Positions 34,928 through 46,536 of a stretch of 64,000 nucleotides of DNA are shown here, piece by piece; positions within the stretch are counted from its first letter, which is position 1; the number at the start of each line of letters is the position of its first letter. A program made the position numbers and the translations under genes. The notes under the pieces were generated by a model that worked only from the letters and a program-made list of their open reading frames with translations, was not told the origin of the DNA and ran no database searches. The stretch comes from Vitrella brassicaformis CCMP3155 (Eukaryota > Protista > Chromerida). The stretch is from NCBI GenBank assembly GCA_001179505.1, contig CDMY01001064.1:124001-188000 (forward strand). Direction: 5' to 3'.

Positions 34928-35352
34928 GGGAGGAGCAACGACAGAGCCGACGGAGCCACAGAGAAAGCGTCGCTGGTTCCAGTTCGCGTTCAGGGAGGCG
35001 ACAATGTACGTCCTGTCGTTTATGACGTGACCAAGCGTCCCTTCGACCGGGTGAGCGACGTCAAGCAGTTCCTCCTCGGGGTCCCCCTCTACCGTTTCGC
35101 CCTCACTGATGTGAAGCTGACGAGCTGCAGCTGCGGAGAATTGGGGAACGACACGTACCTCACGGACCTGCACGAGGGGTATGTGCCATGCCACGCACCA
35201 GCGCACCACACCGCCTGTCGGACCCGTACGTATCGTGTGTGTTCGTGTGTGTGGTGTGTTTGTGCAGGCTGGGGAAGAGCCGTGACGATCCGTTTGTCGT
35301 GCACCTCGAGATGCCGATGCCAAAAGATCTCAAACGCGCAGCACGTCCATAA
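34928..35352 (+). CDS. Ubiquitin-like domain protein (5' end unresolved)
   Basis: VPVRVQGGDNVRPVVYDVTKRPFDRVSDVKQFL...CGELGNDTYLTDLHEG|LGKSRDDPFVVHLEMP...P* follows the UBL pattern (D.V.DVK; G.EL.ND..L.D; VHL). Very high GC3, phase-2 intron. In-frame stop at 34925 means a splice acceptor is needed. Confidence 0.45.
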
Positions 35353-35427
35353 TGGGCTTCGATCGGCTATTGCCCCACCGTGCGGCGGAGCGGTCGCTGA
35401 CCGAGAGGGAGGGAGCCGTCGCACGCC

Positions 35428-35616
35428 ATGCCCAAGGACGAGATATCGAAGCGGCTTGAGAAGAAGCTTAAGAAGACCAAGAGCATCCTCACCTACCGCG
35501 AGAAGGTCGGAATGGGCTACAAGACCACTGAGGAGAAAATGGCCACGGACCTGACGGCGGAGGAGCTGCTGGACAAGCGGGCCAAGGGGAACGGAGACAA
35601 GTTCTCCCGATTCTAG
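35428..35616 (+). CDS. Small basic intronless protein (62 aa)
   Basis: MPKDEISKRLEKKLKKTKSIL...EELLDKRAKGNGDKFSRF*. GCCATG context and strong GC3 bias. The C-terminal LLD.R.K...DKF resembles the FRG1-type C-terminus (from memory). Confidence 0.65.
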   Translation: MPKDEISKRLEKKLKKTKSILTYREKVGMGYKTTEEKMATDLTAEELLDKRAKGNGDKFSRF

Positions 35617-36217
35617 CCTGACGGGATGGACAGGGGGGAGGGTGCGAGGGGACGGGGGCTGGAGGGCGGGATGTTTGGGATGTTTCCTTTGTTTCTCTGC
35701 TGTGCGCGCTCTGTGTGTGTGTGTGTGTGTGTCTGTAACCTTGCACCGATGTGCGTGTGTGCGTAAGGACAATGCCGACTTGTTGTGTATTTCTGTACCA
35801 ATGAATGGCTGGTGTGCAGTGATGCTGAGAGAATCCGACAACAAATCCACGTCATTGGGCCATCGATGCGTCCACTGTATAGTGTTTGATTAAAAGAAAC
35901 AGTCACTCGCAATTGTGCAGACCCGGAACAATGAAATGATAAATATGAGCGAGTTCGTAAAGTGTCTGCCATCAATTCAATTCACGCATGCACCCAAGCG
36001 GCCACTAATCGGCAGCATAAGTAGACGCCCGATGTTTTCTTTGGTGTCACGTGCGAAACAGTTTTTGACGCGCAGGAATCGCACGAGATGCGCTTGTGGA
36101 TACCCATGTGTCTGCTTGTGTATGATAAGCGTTCATGTCTCCACAAGAACGCAATCACACGCCAAAAACTATTCGATTCGAATACGCTAAGCACCAGAGA
36201 CACAACTGCCAGCAAGC

Positions 36218-36517
36218 NNNNNNNNNNNNNNNNNNNNNNNNNNNNNNNNNNNNNNNNNNNNNNNNNNNNNNNNNNNNNNNNNNNNNNNNNNNNNNNNNNN
36301 NNNNNNNNNNNNNNNNNNNNNNNNNNNNNNNNNNNNNNNNNNNNNNNNNNNNNNNNNNNNNNNNNNNNNNNNNNNNNNNNNNNNNNNNNNNNNNNNNNNN
36401 NNNNNNNNNNNNNNNNNNNNNNNNNNNNNNNNNNNNNNNNNNNNNNNNNNNNNNNNNNNNNNNNNNNNNNNNNNNNNNNNNNNNNNNNNNNNNNNNNNNN
36501 NNNNNNNNNNNNNNNNN
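36218..36517. other. Assembly gap (300 N)
   Basis: Run of n characters. Confidence 0.99.
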
Positions 36518-36568
36518 CCCCCCCCCTCCTCTGGAGAGACATCCGCCACTGCCCAGTCTGTTTATTCA

Positions 36569-37669
36569 TCACGCCGAAAGGCCAACTTGCGTGATGAAAG
36601 TTGTCGATGGTTTCCTTGGCTCAGCACTGGTTGGGTACGACTGCTCGCCCTCTTTCGCCTCTTCCTCCTCATCCTCTTCCTGGTCTTCGTCGACGAGCTC
36701 ATCATCCTGCTGCTGTGCCTCGTCCAAGTGACGCTTCAGAGATATCAACTCCTGCCAAGAACGACCACGGATGCATCAATTTCTTAATGTAAAGCTCAGC
36801 AAGCGTTGTCACCTCGACGATTCTGGTGCCCAACAAAGACATCTGCTCTGCGCGGCTCGTCTTGTCCTCTGCAACACGTGACGTTGCGGAGAGATGCATG
36901 GGTGCAGGAAGGCAGTGCGATCCTGTGTCTCAAAGCTCTGTCACCTTCCAGTCTCCTGCTCATCAGCATCTCCTTGTCGTGATCACTCTTCATCCTGAGG
37001 ACGGGACAAACACCGAGAGAAGGCGCCTTATGCACCCACATTCACTCCCTACCGCATCTCCTCTACCATATTACCTGTTGACGACGTCCGCGAAGCTCTT
37101 GCGTTCGTGGAATATCTTGGTGCGAATCCGCTGGTTGTCTTCCCTTAGTCTCTCATTCTCCTTCTGGGCCGCCTGCAGGCGCGCCCTCAGCTGCTGCTTC
37201 TCCGCCCTCTCCCTCTTGAGCTGCTGCTTGCTCGCACGCAAACTCTCTGCCAGCCCCAACTTCCCATCGACCTGCAGTGCAGACACACGCCACACACGCA
37301 TGCATTCGGTGTGTGTTTGTTTTTCCGTGGGCGTCTTGCATTGCCGTCTTTTGGCTCACCTTGAGGAATGTGAGGGCCTCCGTTCTCGCCTGCTGGGCCT
37401 GCATCAGCAGGTTGGCGAGCGACTGGGCTTGCGCGGGGTCGACTTTCGGCGAACCTTTCTCGCCATCCGGGCTCAATGCGTCGCTGTCAAGACAGAGGAA
37501 GGCATGGCACGATGCCACTGCTGATGCAATGGCGTGTTTGGTTGCGTCCTCACGTCGTTTGGATGATTCCAAGGGTGAGTTCGAGGTCCTCAACCCGCTC
37601 TCTCAATGACGTATTTTCGCTCTTGAGGCTGCTGACCTTTTGCCGTACGAAGTCAAGAGCGACAGCCAT
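36569..37669 (-). CDS. Coiled-coil hypothetical protein with acidic C-terminus
   Basis: Six phase-consistent exons: MAVALDFVRQKVSSLKSENTSLRERVEDLEL..., LRASKQQLKRERAEKQQLRARLQAAQKENERLREDN..., ELISLKRHLDEAQQQDDELVDEDQEEDEEEE...GLSA*. Confidence 0.75.
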
Positions 37670-38787
37670 TTTTGCGGAAGCGTGTCTCGTTATTTTGAGC
37701 TCGCAAATGTATGGAGGATCGCATTCATTGCTTGGAGGGGGGGTTTTGTCTGCGCAGAGAAGCGCAACAAGGGGAGGAGACTACGAGATATAAAGGGTAG
37801 GCACCGATGAAAAGTGACTTATGTAGCATCCATGCATGCCAATCAGTTCTACCCGAAGCACTCTCCGCTGTCTGTCCGTTGCCGTCCCAGTCGGTGTGTC
37901 AGTTGCCGCCGAGGGATGTTGCCTCCTCGCATGACGATTCGAATGGCGGGACCAACATTTTTTTCCAACGAAACGAAATTTGTCCGGAGCAGCAGCACAC
38001 ACACACAAATGTGGTCACTCACCGGCTGGCCAACACACACAGACATGCATGTCTCTCTCGGGGAGAAAACCGCCGCCAACGATGTGCAGACGGAGAAGCA
38101 AACAATCGGGCGAGAGTCTGTACTTAGACTTGTCGCCGCCTGCCCGCCTTCCTGCTCACTGCTCACTGCCTGCCTCCATACTGAGCGATCGTCCACTATC
38201 CATCACTTGTCGATCCCAGTGACTTCACTATCTACTCGTTACAAAACCCCAGCCACTGGGATCACTCGTGTGCAATACATAAGGCGGAGAGCGCAAATGT
38301 GAGGAGCCAAGGCAGGGATGGACACACTAAGCAGACGCAAGCACACAGACAGACCTTTTCCCAGGAATGAAGAGAGGGCGGCGAGGAGGGGGTAATAAAA
38401 GCAGACGACACACGTGTGGCCGCGTCATGCACACACACACACACACACACACGCGCACACGCACAGACAGAAGACACACACAAGACGAGGCAAGATAGAG
38501 CCAAAACAAAGGGAAGAGCGGAGAGAAAGGATAGACTCTGAGGCACAACGCCCCGGATTGGATGGAATGGATGGCTGATTGCGTGGCGTCACTGGCTGTT
38601 GCCTTCACTTCGCACCGAGAAGGGAGCCAGCCCACCACACACATACCTCACATACGAAAATGGTGCATGTGGAAAAAAGCGGAAAAGGCCCTACACGGGA
38701 CAGCAGGAGACATATGAACGCGCCCTACTAATAAGCCAGCCAGCTAACGGCATGCACGTTATGTGGCCGTCCCTCTCCGTCGCTCAT

Positions 38788-40713
38788 TCACTCGGCGTTG
38801 GCCATGGCGATGACGACCGGGATGATCCGCTGCATTTCCTTCTCCTTCGCCGCCTCGAGGATAGCGCTAGAGCCACTGCCAGACTCAGTCTTGTCGCTCG
38901 CAAAGACTTCGGCATTGGCGGTGGCCGTGGCCGTGGCCGTGGCATCAGCGTTGGCCTCCTGCTGGCCGCCTGTTGACTCGTTCAACACCTCGCTCATCAC
39001 CTCCTGCACATCCACCGCCAAGGCAAAGATCGGCCAGCTCAGAGGCCATCTATGGATCTGTGTGTGTGCGTGCGAAAAGGTGGGAGAGCCGGACCTGCGT
39101 GACGGTGACCACAGGACCCTCCTGGGTGATGTCCGCCGACACATTCTGATGCAGCAAACACACAGCATGGCAAGGGGGCATGCAGCAGAACCACATGAAG
39201 CGACACAGCTACGCAAAACAGCTCACCGGCTTGATATAGATGTTGTTTTCGTTAATGTCCTCGTTGACGACGTCCTTGGTGAGAGTCACGTTAACGGCAA
39301 TCTTCTCGTCCTGCACACCACACCACACCACACCACGTCACATCTCCATCTGTCTGTCTGTCTGGCTGGTGAGCGTCTGGTGTCCCCGGGGTGCCCGGCT
39401 GACCTTCTTGAGGAAATCGAGAGGGTCGTGCATGTAGGCAATCATGTCTTCCATCATCTTCATCGGGCTCTCGCTCTCGCCGCTCTCATCGCCGCCGCTC
39501 ATGAAGGTCTTGACGGGGTTGAGGCGCGGACTCTTGTGCGAGTCGACCTTGCGCTCCATGTTGCTGTGCACAGCCGAGCGGCGGGGCTCCGTCGACTTCT
39601 TCTCCTTGTCGCCCTCGCTGTTGGTGTTCGTGCCATCCGCGTCCTTCTCGGCCTCTGAATCAATCAAGACAGGAATGACACACAGGGAAGGGAGACCAAG
39701 GCGTATGATTTATGTGGCGTGTGCGTCTCGTGCGTGTGTGTACTGTACGTGTACCTACCTGCTTTGAGCCTCTTATGGCTGGCGATGCCCATCGCCTGCA
39801 TCCTCAGTGCGCCTTTCGCGATGAGCTCGGAGACCTCGCCGGTGACCTTGGCACCGAAGGTCTCCTTGTAAGCCCTGGTCCAGATGTTGTCCGCCTCAGC
39901 CTCGCGCTTATGCACCAGGAGCTTGGCCTTGCTGCTCATGGCAGGGGAGTCCTTGCCGAACACGTCCTTGAGTATGGCGGCCGCATCCGGGGACCACAGG
40001 AACTGGTCGAGGGGGAGGTTGTCGCGCTTCGCGAACCACGAGGCGGCGTCGAGTGTGAGGGGCATGACGTCCTTTTTGGCGATGCTGAGGTCCTCCAGCT
40101 GATGCACGGCCTTTGCCAAGGACCCCTCCGTGACGTCGTTCAGGAGCCTCTCCAGCGCTGAGGCCTTGTGGTCGGCCGTGAGAGCCTTCGCCCCCAGCAG
40201 GGAATCCAGGAGCCCCTCGAGGAACGACTTGGAACCCTGACTAGATGCAGCTGCAGCAGCGGCAGCAGCAGCGTCAGCAGCAGCGTCAGCGGCGGCGTCG
40301 GCCAGGCCGCCGAAAGACTGGCTGTCGCCAGTTGTGCCGTTGATCTGCAGACATGACGTCCACGCGCACACAGATGGACAGACTCAGGCGTGTGCGTGGT
40401 GGTGGTGGGGTGTGGGGGCTCACATCAACATCGCCGGTGGAAGCCGTGATATCGGCTCTGTATTCGGCGGTGTTCTCGATAGGGATGGAGATGTTGACCT
40501 GCTGGACCGTCTGCAAGAGGCAAGCAAACACAACGGTGACGACATATGCTTGTTCGACGCACGACGCACCGTATCAGAGTTATTGAAGAAGTCATTGACA
40601 TCGATGTCGACAACGTCGTTCTCTATGTCCTTTTTGATTTTGTTTGAATTCTCTCCCAGTGCCGACGACATGAGGAGAAAACCGAGCAGGGCGCCGAGCA
40701 TAACGTGATCCAT
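38788..40713 (-). CDS. Secreted acidic protein of unknown function
   Basis: Signal peptide MDHVMLGALLGFLLMSSALG. Exons rich in D/N/V/I (IENDVVDIDVND; IAVNVTLTKDVVNEDINENNIYIK), poly-Ala linkers, ending ...VVIAMANAE*. Confidence 0.75.
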
Positions 40714-40992
40714 TTTGTCCACGAGCTCAGGCCACGCAAAGCAAGGAGTCGACACTCGAGAACGCCCTTTCGTACACAAAATAAGGCACAACACGGAACC
40801 GGACTGACCTCTGCGTTTCCACAGGATGACTGTACACTGTACCAACGGTGTAAACTTGAGAGATCGGCACTCCGCACAATGAGCCAGTGGCTGCATGTCG
40901 CCAACCGCTCACGGCCATCCTCTCCCCTTGTCCCTCCTGCAGAGCTTCAGACTGTGTGGCATCCATCGTTACCCACCAACTCGCGGAGCCAA

Positions 40993-42709
40993 ATGGCCCG
41001 TGTGGTCCTGGTAACGTCATGCTGCCTCCTGACGTTCGCTCTGCTTGCGGAGGCGCAGTTTCCAGCCCCAGGGGGATGGGCGTTTGAGCAGCTGCTGCCC
41101 AAGAATGAGGGCGAGCCCGAGGGCGCTGAGAGTGAAGTGACGCTCGCCCATCGGTTCAGCTTGTTCGGCAACCCCATCAAGATACCCGAGATGGACCTCG
41201 AGAAGTACCTCCCGCCACTCGTCCAACTCAACCTCAACCTTGCGGACGTAAGGAACGACACATCCCGTACCTGTGCGCATCGAGGATAACATGGCACACC
41301 GATCTATATCGATGCATGCGCACTTGTGGATCATGTTATGATGCAGACCTTTTACAATGAAGACACGGTCGAGGTTAATGTCAACAGGGAGGTCGACGTG
41401 GCGAACAACGTCGACTACAGCCTTGGCGCCGGGGCAGCCGGTCAGACCCAGAGCTTCAAGAGCGGCCTCATGACCTTCCAGCTGCACGACAACCAGCTGC
41501 TGCTCCTCCCCGACCTCCCACTCGACGGCGTCAATCTGGCCAAGCCGGTCAGTGAGAGCCTGGCGGTCAAGGGCGAGGGCGACAAGAAGGAGACCAAGAT
41601 CGACGTCGCGTCGATTGGCATGGACGTGTTCGACCAAGGACACACTCTGTCAAAGCTCGATGGGCCCGTCATAGAAGGCGACCTCAAAGGCCACCCCATC
41701 GGAGAGGTCTGTGGTGTGGGGGAAGGGGCCTTGAGAGGCCAAGGCATGTGTGTGTGGGTGTGTGACTGCACTGCAGGCGTTCCATGGTCGGTATGGGCGC
41801 TACCCACAGGGCAAAGAGGCACAGGACCTGATGCGGGGCGGCATCAGGTGAGGGGATCGCAAAAATGGCTTTCTCTATGACATGCCTTTGACGCTGTTCC
41901 TATCATCAGATTGCAGGCCCTGAAGAACGACGCCAGGAGGAGAGTCGCCGCAATCACCAAAACCAAGCCCGAAGGTCAGACACAAACGCAATCACGTTCC
42001 CCTCCCTCGTCTCTCCCTGTGCATCCATGTGCCCTCGTTCCCTGCCGTGTTGTACGTGCAGATCTGGTGATCAAGGGACAGTCGATGAGGGAGCGCGAGA
42101 ACGGCTTCGACAAACTGATTGCGCTCGCCAAGAAGGCCTCTAGCTCATTCCTGGGCAACAGCGATGATGCCGACAGCACGTATGACGTCGACAAGAAAGA
42201 CGATGGTACCGGCGACAAGACTCACGAAAGCGACAAGACCGAAGATTTCGGCAAGGAGGATTCTTTGGAGACCATGTCGGGCCTCCTCATGACAGTGCCC
42301 AATCCCACTGAAATGCTCGACAAAATGCCGGAGTTTCAGGACCTCGACAAATTGCTTCCGCCCATATTCGACCTCGACATCGCTGTGGTGAGACATGGAG
42401 GGAGGGGAAGGAGGAACAGACCAGCCACACGCGCACACGTCTCGCTGCACGCCATGTCGTGTGTGGTTGTGATTGGGTCAGATCAAGCACATCAACAACA
42501 CCGACGACATGAAGACCGTGACGGAAGTGGGCGACGAAATCGACGCGTCGATGGAGATCGGCAAGGGTGGCTTCGACGAGGAGTCGACTGAGGAGCAGAG
42601 CAACGGCATGCAGAACGTGGTCCTGTTTGACCAGGTCAAGGTTGAGAACGAGGAGGCCGACGTCTGGAAGGGACTCATCCCATTCCTCTTCGTTCTCGGC
42701 ACTCAATAG
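40993..42709 (+). CDS. Secreted acidic protein of unknown function
   Basis: Signal peptide MARVVLVTSCCLLTFALLAEA. Exons TFYNEDTVEVNVNREVDVANNVDY..., MQNVVLFDQVKVENEEAD, and a short hydrophobic C-terminus VWKGLIPFLFVLGTQ*. Confidence 0.78.
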
Positions 42710-42863
42710 CCGTGCCGGTAGTCATTTGTGTTGCTTCTCAAACACGCATATATATATATATATATGTGGATGGCTACATCACATCTTTGGTGGGCCAGAT
42801 GCTTCGTGGCCGACGCTGTCGGGATTCTTTTGGGATGCGTTTAGCGTGCCACTCGCCACAGTT

Positions 42864-42897
<34 letters not shown>

Positions 42898-44074
42898 TGT
42901 CTGTGTGTCTGTGTGTCTGTGCGTGAGTGTTAATGCTGGCTTGCTTTTCTCCGTGTCTCTTCCTTTCCTTTGCGAACTCTCTTTTGCTGCTTCTATAGCT
43001 GCTGCTGGTTTTGGTCTGTGCCCGATATCTCTGTGTAACGATCAGAGAGGGCAGCGACGGCAGCAGAGAGAGCCACAGCAGCTGCGGCCTTCATTTCACA
43101 TTCTCTTTCTCGTTTAACCAACCTGCCTTGCGGTGTCTCCTCTGTCTTCGATTCTTCTACATGAGTCTCTCTCCCCCTCCCCCTCTCGCTTTCCCCCTCC
43201 CTCTCCTTATATCCATCCCCCCGCTGCTGCCATCTTTTGCCTGAGTTCGTGTGTGTGTGTGTGCGTGTGTGGTGGTGCCTGTGTGTCTGAGTGTCTCTAT
43301 TGTTGCTTATGGTTGACGTTGATTGGTGTTTCTCCAGCTGAGCTGGCGCCGTGGCGTGTTAGCTACGGCCTTTTGGTGGCGTGTCGTGGTGGGCTGATTT
43401 GAGTGGTGAGTGCGCCATGGGTAGTAGGTAGGTCATCCATCCCATCCTCCATTCTTCCATCCATGCACACATCCATCCACACATCCATCCACACATCCAT
43501 TGGGTGTTTTATCAATAGTGAAGAGTGAGAGGCGGCGGCCGGAGACGCGAGAGATATAGTGTGGTGACACATGTGTGTGTGCGTGCGTGCAGGCATGTGT
43601 GGACAGGAGGTGACTAGCCTGGATTGGCTCTCGCCCGGTTGTCTCTCTCGTGCCGCCTCATGACATCATGGAGTGACTGGCTCGAGGGAGGGAGGGAAGG
43701 AGAGAGAGGCGGGGATGCCTCACCTCACATGCATGATCAATGATATTGATTGACTGATGATCGGTCGTGTCGTGTGTGCCAACGAGAGACTGCACAGGTC
43801 CGTACAAAACGCCAAAAAGACCTACAGCATGACTGTACAAATAGAGATAAGATACAGAGATACACGGCCCAACCCACGCCGGTATGGCTCTCTTAAAGGC
43901 TGGCTCTACGACGGATAAAGTCCAAGAACTCACAACACACACACATCTCTCGCCGCCTGTCTGGTCTGTCTCTCATCGCTCGCTCTCACATAAGAACTAC
44001 ACACATGGGGCAAAAGACGCAACAGAAAGGAGGGTACATCACTGGGAGGGAGCACACACACAGCACACACTCAG

Positions 44075-46365
44075 TCACTTCTTCTTCGCCTTGGCGGGAG
44101 CTCCCTTTTCGACGACGTCACGGTGGTTGTCTTGGTGATGGAAGTCGATCATGATGAACCGACCCTCCACCCAACGGAGACCCACATACGACGACGCACT
44201 CGCCAGGGCCGCCAGCGACATCAGCGCAATGCTGCCGACGCCTGTCCTCCTGCAGTTGTCCAGTGCAGTGCATCCACACACAGACAGTCAGCACACAGAG
44301 TCGTCTCATGATACCGGCGGACTGACCTGAGCAGGGCCGATGTGAAAGTCGCTGTGGATGTGAGAAAGGCGAGGGCCAGCGACGCCAACTTGCCACGCCT
44401 GATGGATGGATGCATCGTCGGCATTCATTGTGTCTGTCATGCACTCTGTCACTCCTTCTTTTCGACATGACATGCATAGGTACCTAATGTTCCTCATGGC
44501 GCCCATACAGATGGGGCAGTGTTTGGTGTGCGATTCATACACGTCCTGCAGCAGAGACCGGTCGCGCTCAGCGCTGCCAAGGGCCTGCACAAGGAAAGGA
44601 AACAACAAAACGCACACACCTTACTCAAATCATGGTTGCTCACTCACCGATGAGGCCTGTAGCCGTGGGTATGTGTTGGCATAGGTCGGGATGATGCCTG
44701 GGGGCGAGAACTTGTGCAGCCATCGCCTCAGCGACCGAGTGGGGACGTCAGAGGCACTCGGTAGGAAACAGACACGGTCATAGGGCACGCCCTCCTGCGG
44801 CGACTGGCCGCTCGCCGCACCCACAGCGGCCATCTGGTTCAGGATATTCCTCTCTGCAGCAATGAAGCATGCACATCAGGGTGTTTGTGTATTGTGCTGG
44901 GGGGTGTAGGCATAGCCTACCCTGTTGGTGCGGGAAGACCATGTCCTGGTTAAGGAAGTAGGTCTCCCACATGTGACGCACGAAATGGGGGATCACGTCA
45001 TACTTCTGAGGGATGCTCGACGCAGCACGCATGAACAGACGGGAACGACCTGCACACACACACACACACACACACACCCACAGAGCGACATACACAACCC
45101 GTTTGTTTGTGTGTGCATGCCTCTGTCCCCATACTGACCAGGCTCTTGCGGCACACAGTAGCATATCATGTAGTTGGTGCGCTCGCCCTTCTGCGTGCGG
45201 TACTCCAGCCGGCAGGGCGGCCGGAACGTGACGGTATACGAATCGAGGGCCCTCGACCACCCGCCCAGCACGGCCGACACGAAGCCATCGGTCATCGACA
45301 CGTTGGACGCGAGGGCCATGTCGAGCGGGCCCGCACTCTCACGCGACACCTTGGTGCCCTGCAGCGTGATAGAGTTGTGATGCGTCACTGACAAGGGGGA
45401 CACACAGCAAGAGAGAGAGAGAGATGAACGGATATCTGCCAGGTACGCAGCCCAGGGCCTACCAGGTACGTGTGCGGGGTCCAGGAGGTTCTCGAGTAGC
45501 GCCTCGGCGCCGTAGGGCATGTCCCTCATGTACATGAAGTGGCGACCGTCATTCCATGTCGACTGGAAAGAAGGCAGCTCCAGCTCATCCACTATCGGCA
45601 GAGGCGTGGTTGCCGATGCCTTGAGGCCCTCAGGCGAGATGTCAAGCCATATCCACACGTGACCTTGGGCAACCTACACAGACAGACAGACAGACAGACA
45701 GGTGTCCTGAATGGTTTTATGTGTTTGGTGCTCCGTCCTCCCACCTGGCATGGAACGGCTTGTGCGCAGGCCCTTTTGTTTTTGGTAGCGAATTTGACAT
45801 TGGTGTTTTTTGCCTGGGGGATGTCAAGGCATTTGCCGTCGGGTCCGCCGAAGGCCCAGCCGTGGTAGGCACACGTGATGGTGTGCTGGTACTTGTCCAC
45901 AATGCCCTCACTCAGCGGCGCCAGCCGGTGCGGACAGCGGTCGACATAACACCGCCACGCATTGCCGTCGTGCCACACACAGAACGAGCTCCCCAGCACA
46001 CGAACCGCATGGGCGTGGCCCCGGTCAGCGCTCTCAGACAACAGCACCGGGTACCACGCCCGCAACCAATCATAGCGCTCGGCCGCAGGTGGCCGGTCCT
46101 CGGCAGCCGACAGATCTTCATCGACATGGGAATACTCCTGAATGAGCGGGAAGGATGCAGCAGTGGGCACGGCCGCGTCCGCAGCGACGCTTGCAGATAT
46201 ATCGGGCGCAGCAACAGCATCATCTAGCGGGGCTGCTGTGTGCCGCGATAGCCTCAGTCGCCTTGGCGAGGGAATGGGAAAGAGCGATGAGTGGCCGACG
46301 AAGGCGGCATCTGCGTGCCATGTGCTGAGGGGCAGGGTGAGCGAGAGAAGGAGCACCGACGCCAT
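44075..46365 (-). CDS. Plastid-targeted Rieske non-haem iron oxygenase, PAO/Tic55/PTC52 family (copy 1)
   Basis: Leader [23 protein letters not shown]. Rieske [13 protein letters not shown]...CAYHGWAF, mononuclear Fe site [10 protein letters not shown]|VTHH, C-terminal [12 protein letters not shown] (CxxC) and hydrophobic helices. Confidence 0.9.
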
Positions 46366-46536
46366 GGGTGCCGCAGACGAGAGGAAAGGTACTGCAATGA
46401 CTGCACTGTTGCCTCAACGGCAACACGTGGTCGAGCTCGCAAAACGCGTCACTCCCCGTTGTCTCCCTTCCGTGAGGCTTCCGTGAGCCCGTGCCTGTCC
46501 CGCCGTCCGCAGATCTCTCACTCTCTCGTATCGACA
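46366..46536. promoter_or_regulatory. Putative bidirectional promoter between Rieske oxygenase copy 1 and FAS1 gene 1
   Basis: 171 nt between divergent ATGs; the FAS1-proximal part is duplicated upstream of FAS1 gene 2. Confidence 0.5.

Noticed and set aside
34832-35323. Natural-looking antisense ORF opposite the UBL exon
   Set aside because: It is the in-register antisense shadow; GC3 bias and splice sites favour the plus strand.
35982-36731. ORFs of 120-198 aa spanning the X run
   Set aside because: Artefacts of translating through the 300-N gap.
35650-38700. Lower-GC stretches flanking the gap and upstream of the coiled-coil gene as transposon remnants
   Set aside because: No terminal inverted repeats, transposase or RT motifs could be identified by eye.
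42700-43650. Cys/Val/His/Thr-rich ORFs (CVCVCV, HTHTHT) here and throughout the window
   Set aside because: Translations of (GT)n/(CA)n microsatellites in introns and UTRs, not metal-binding proteins.
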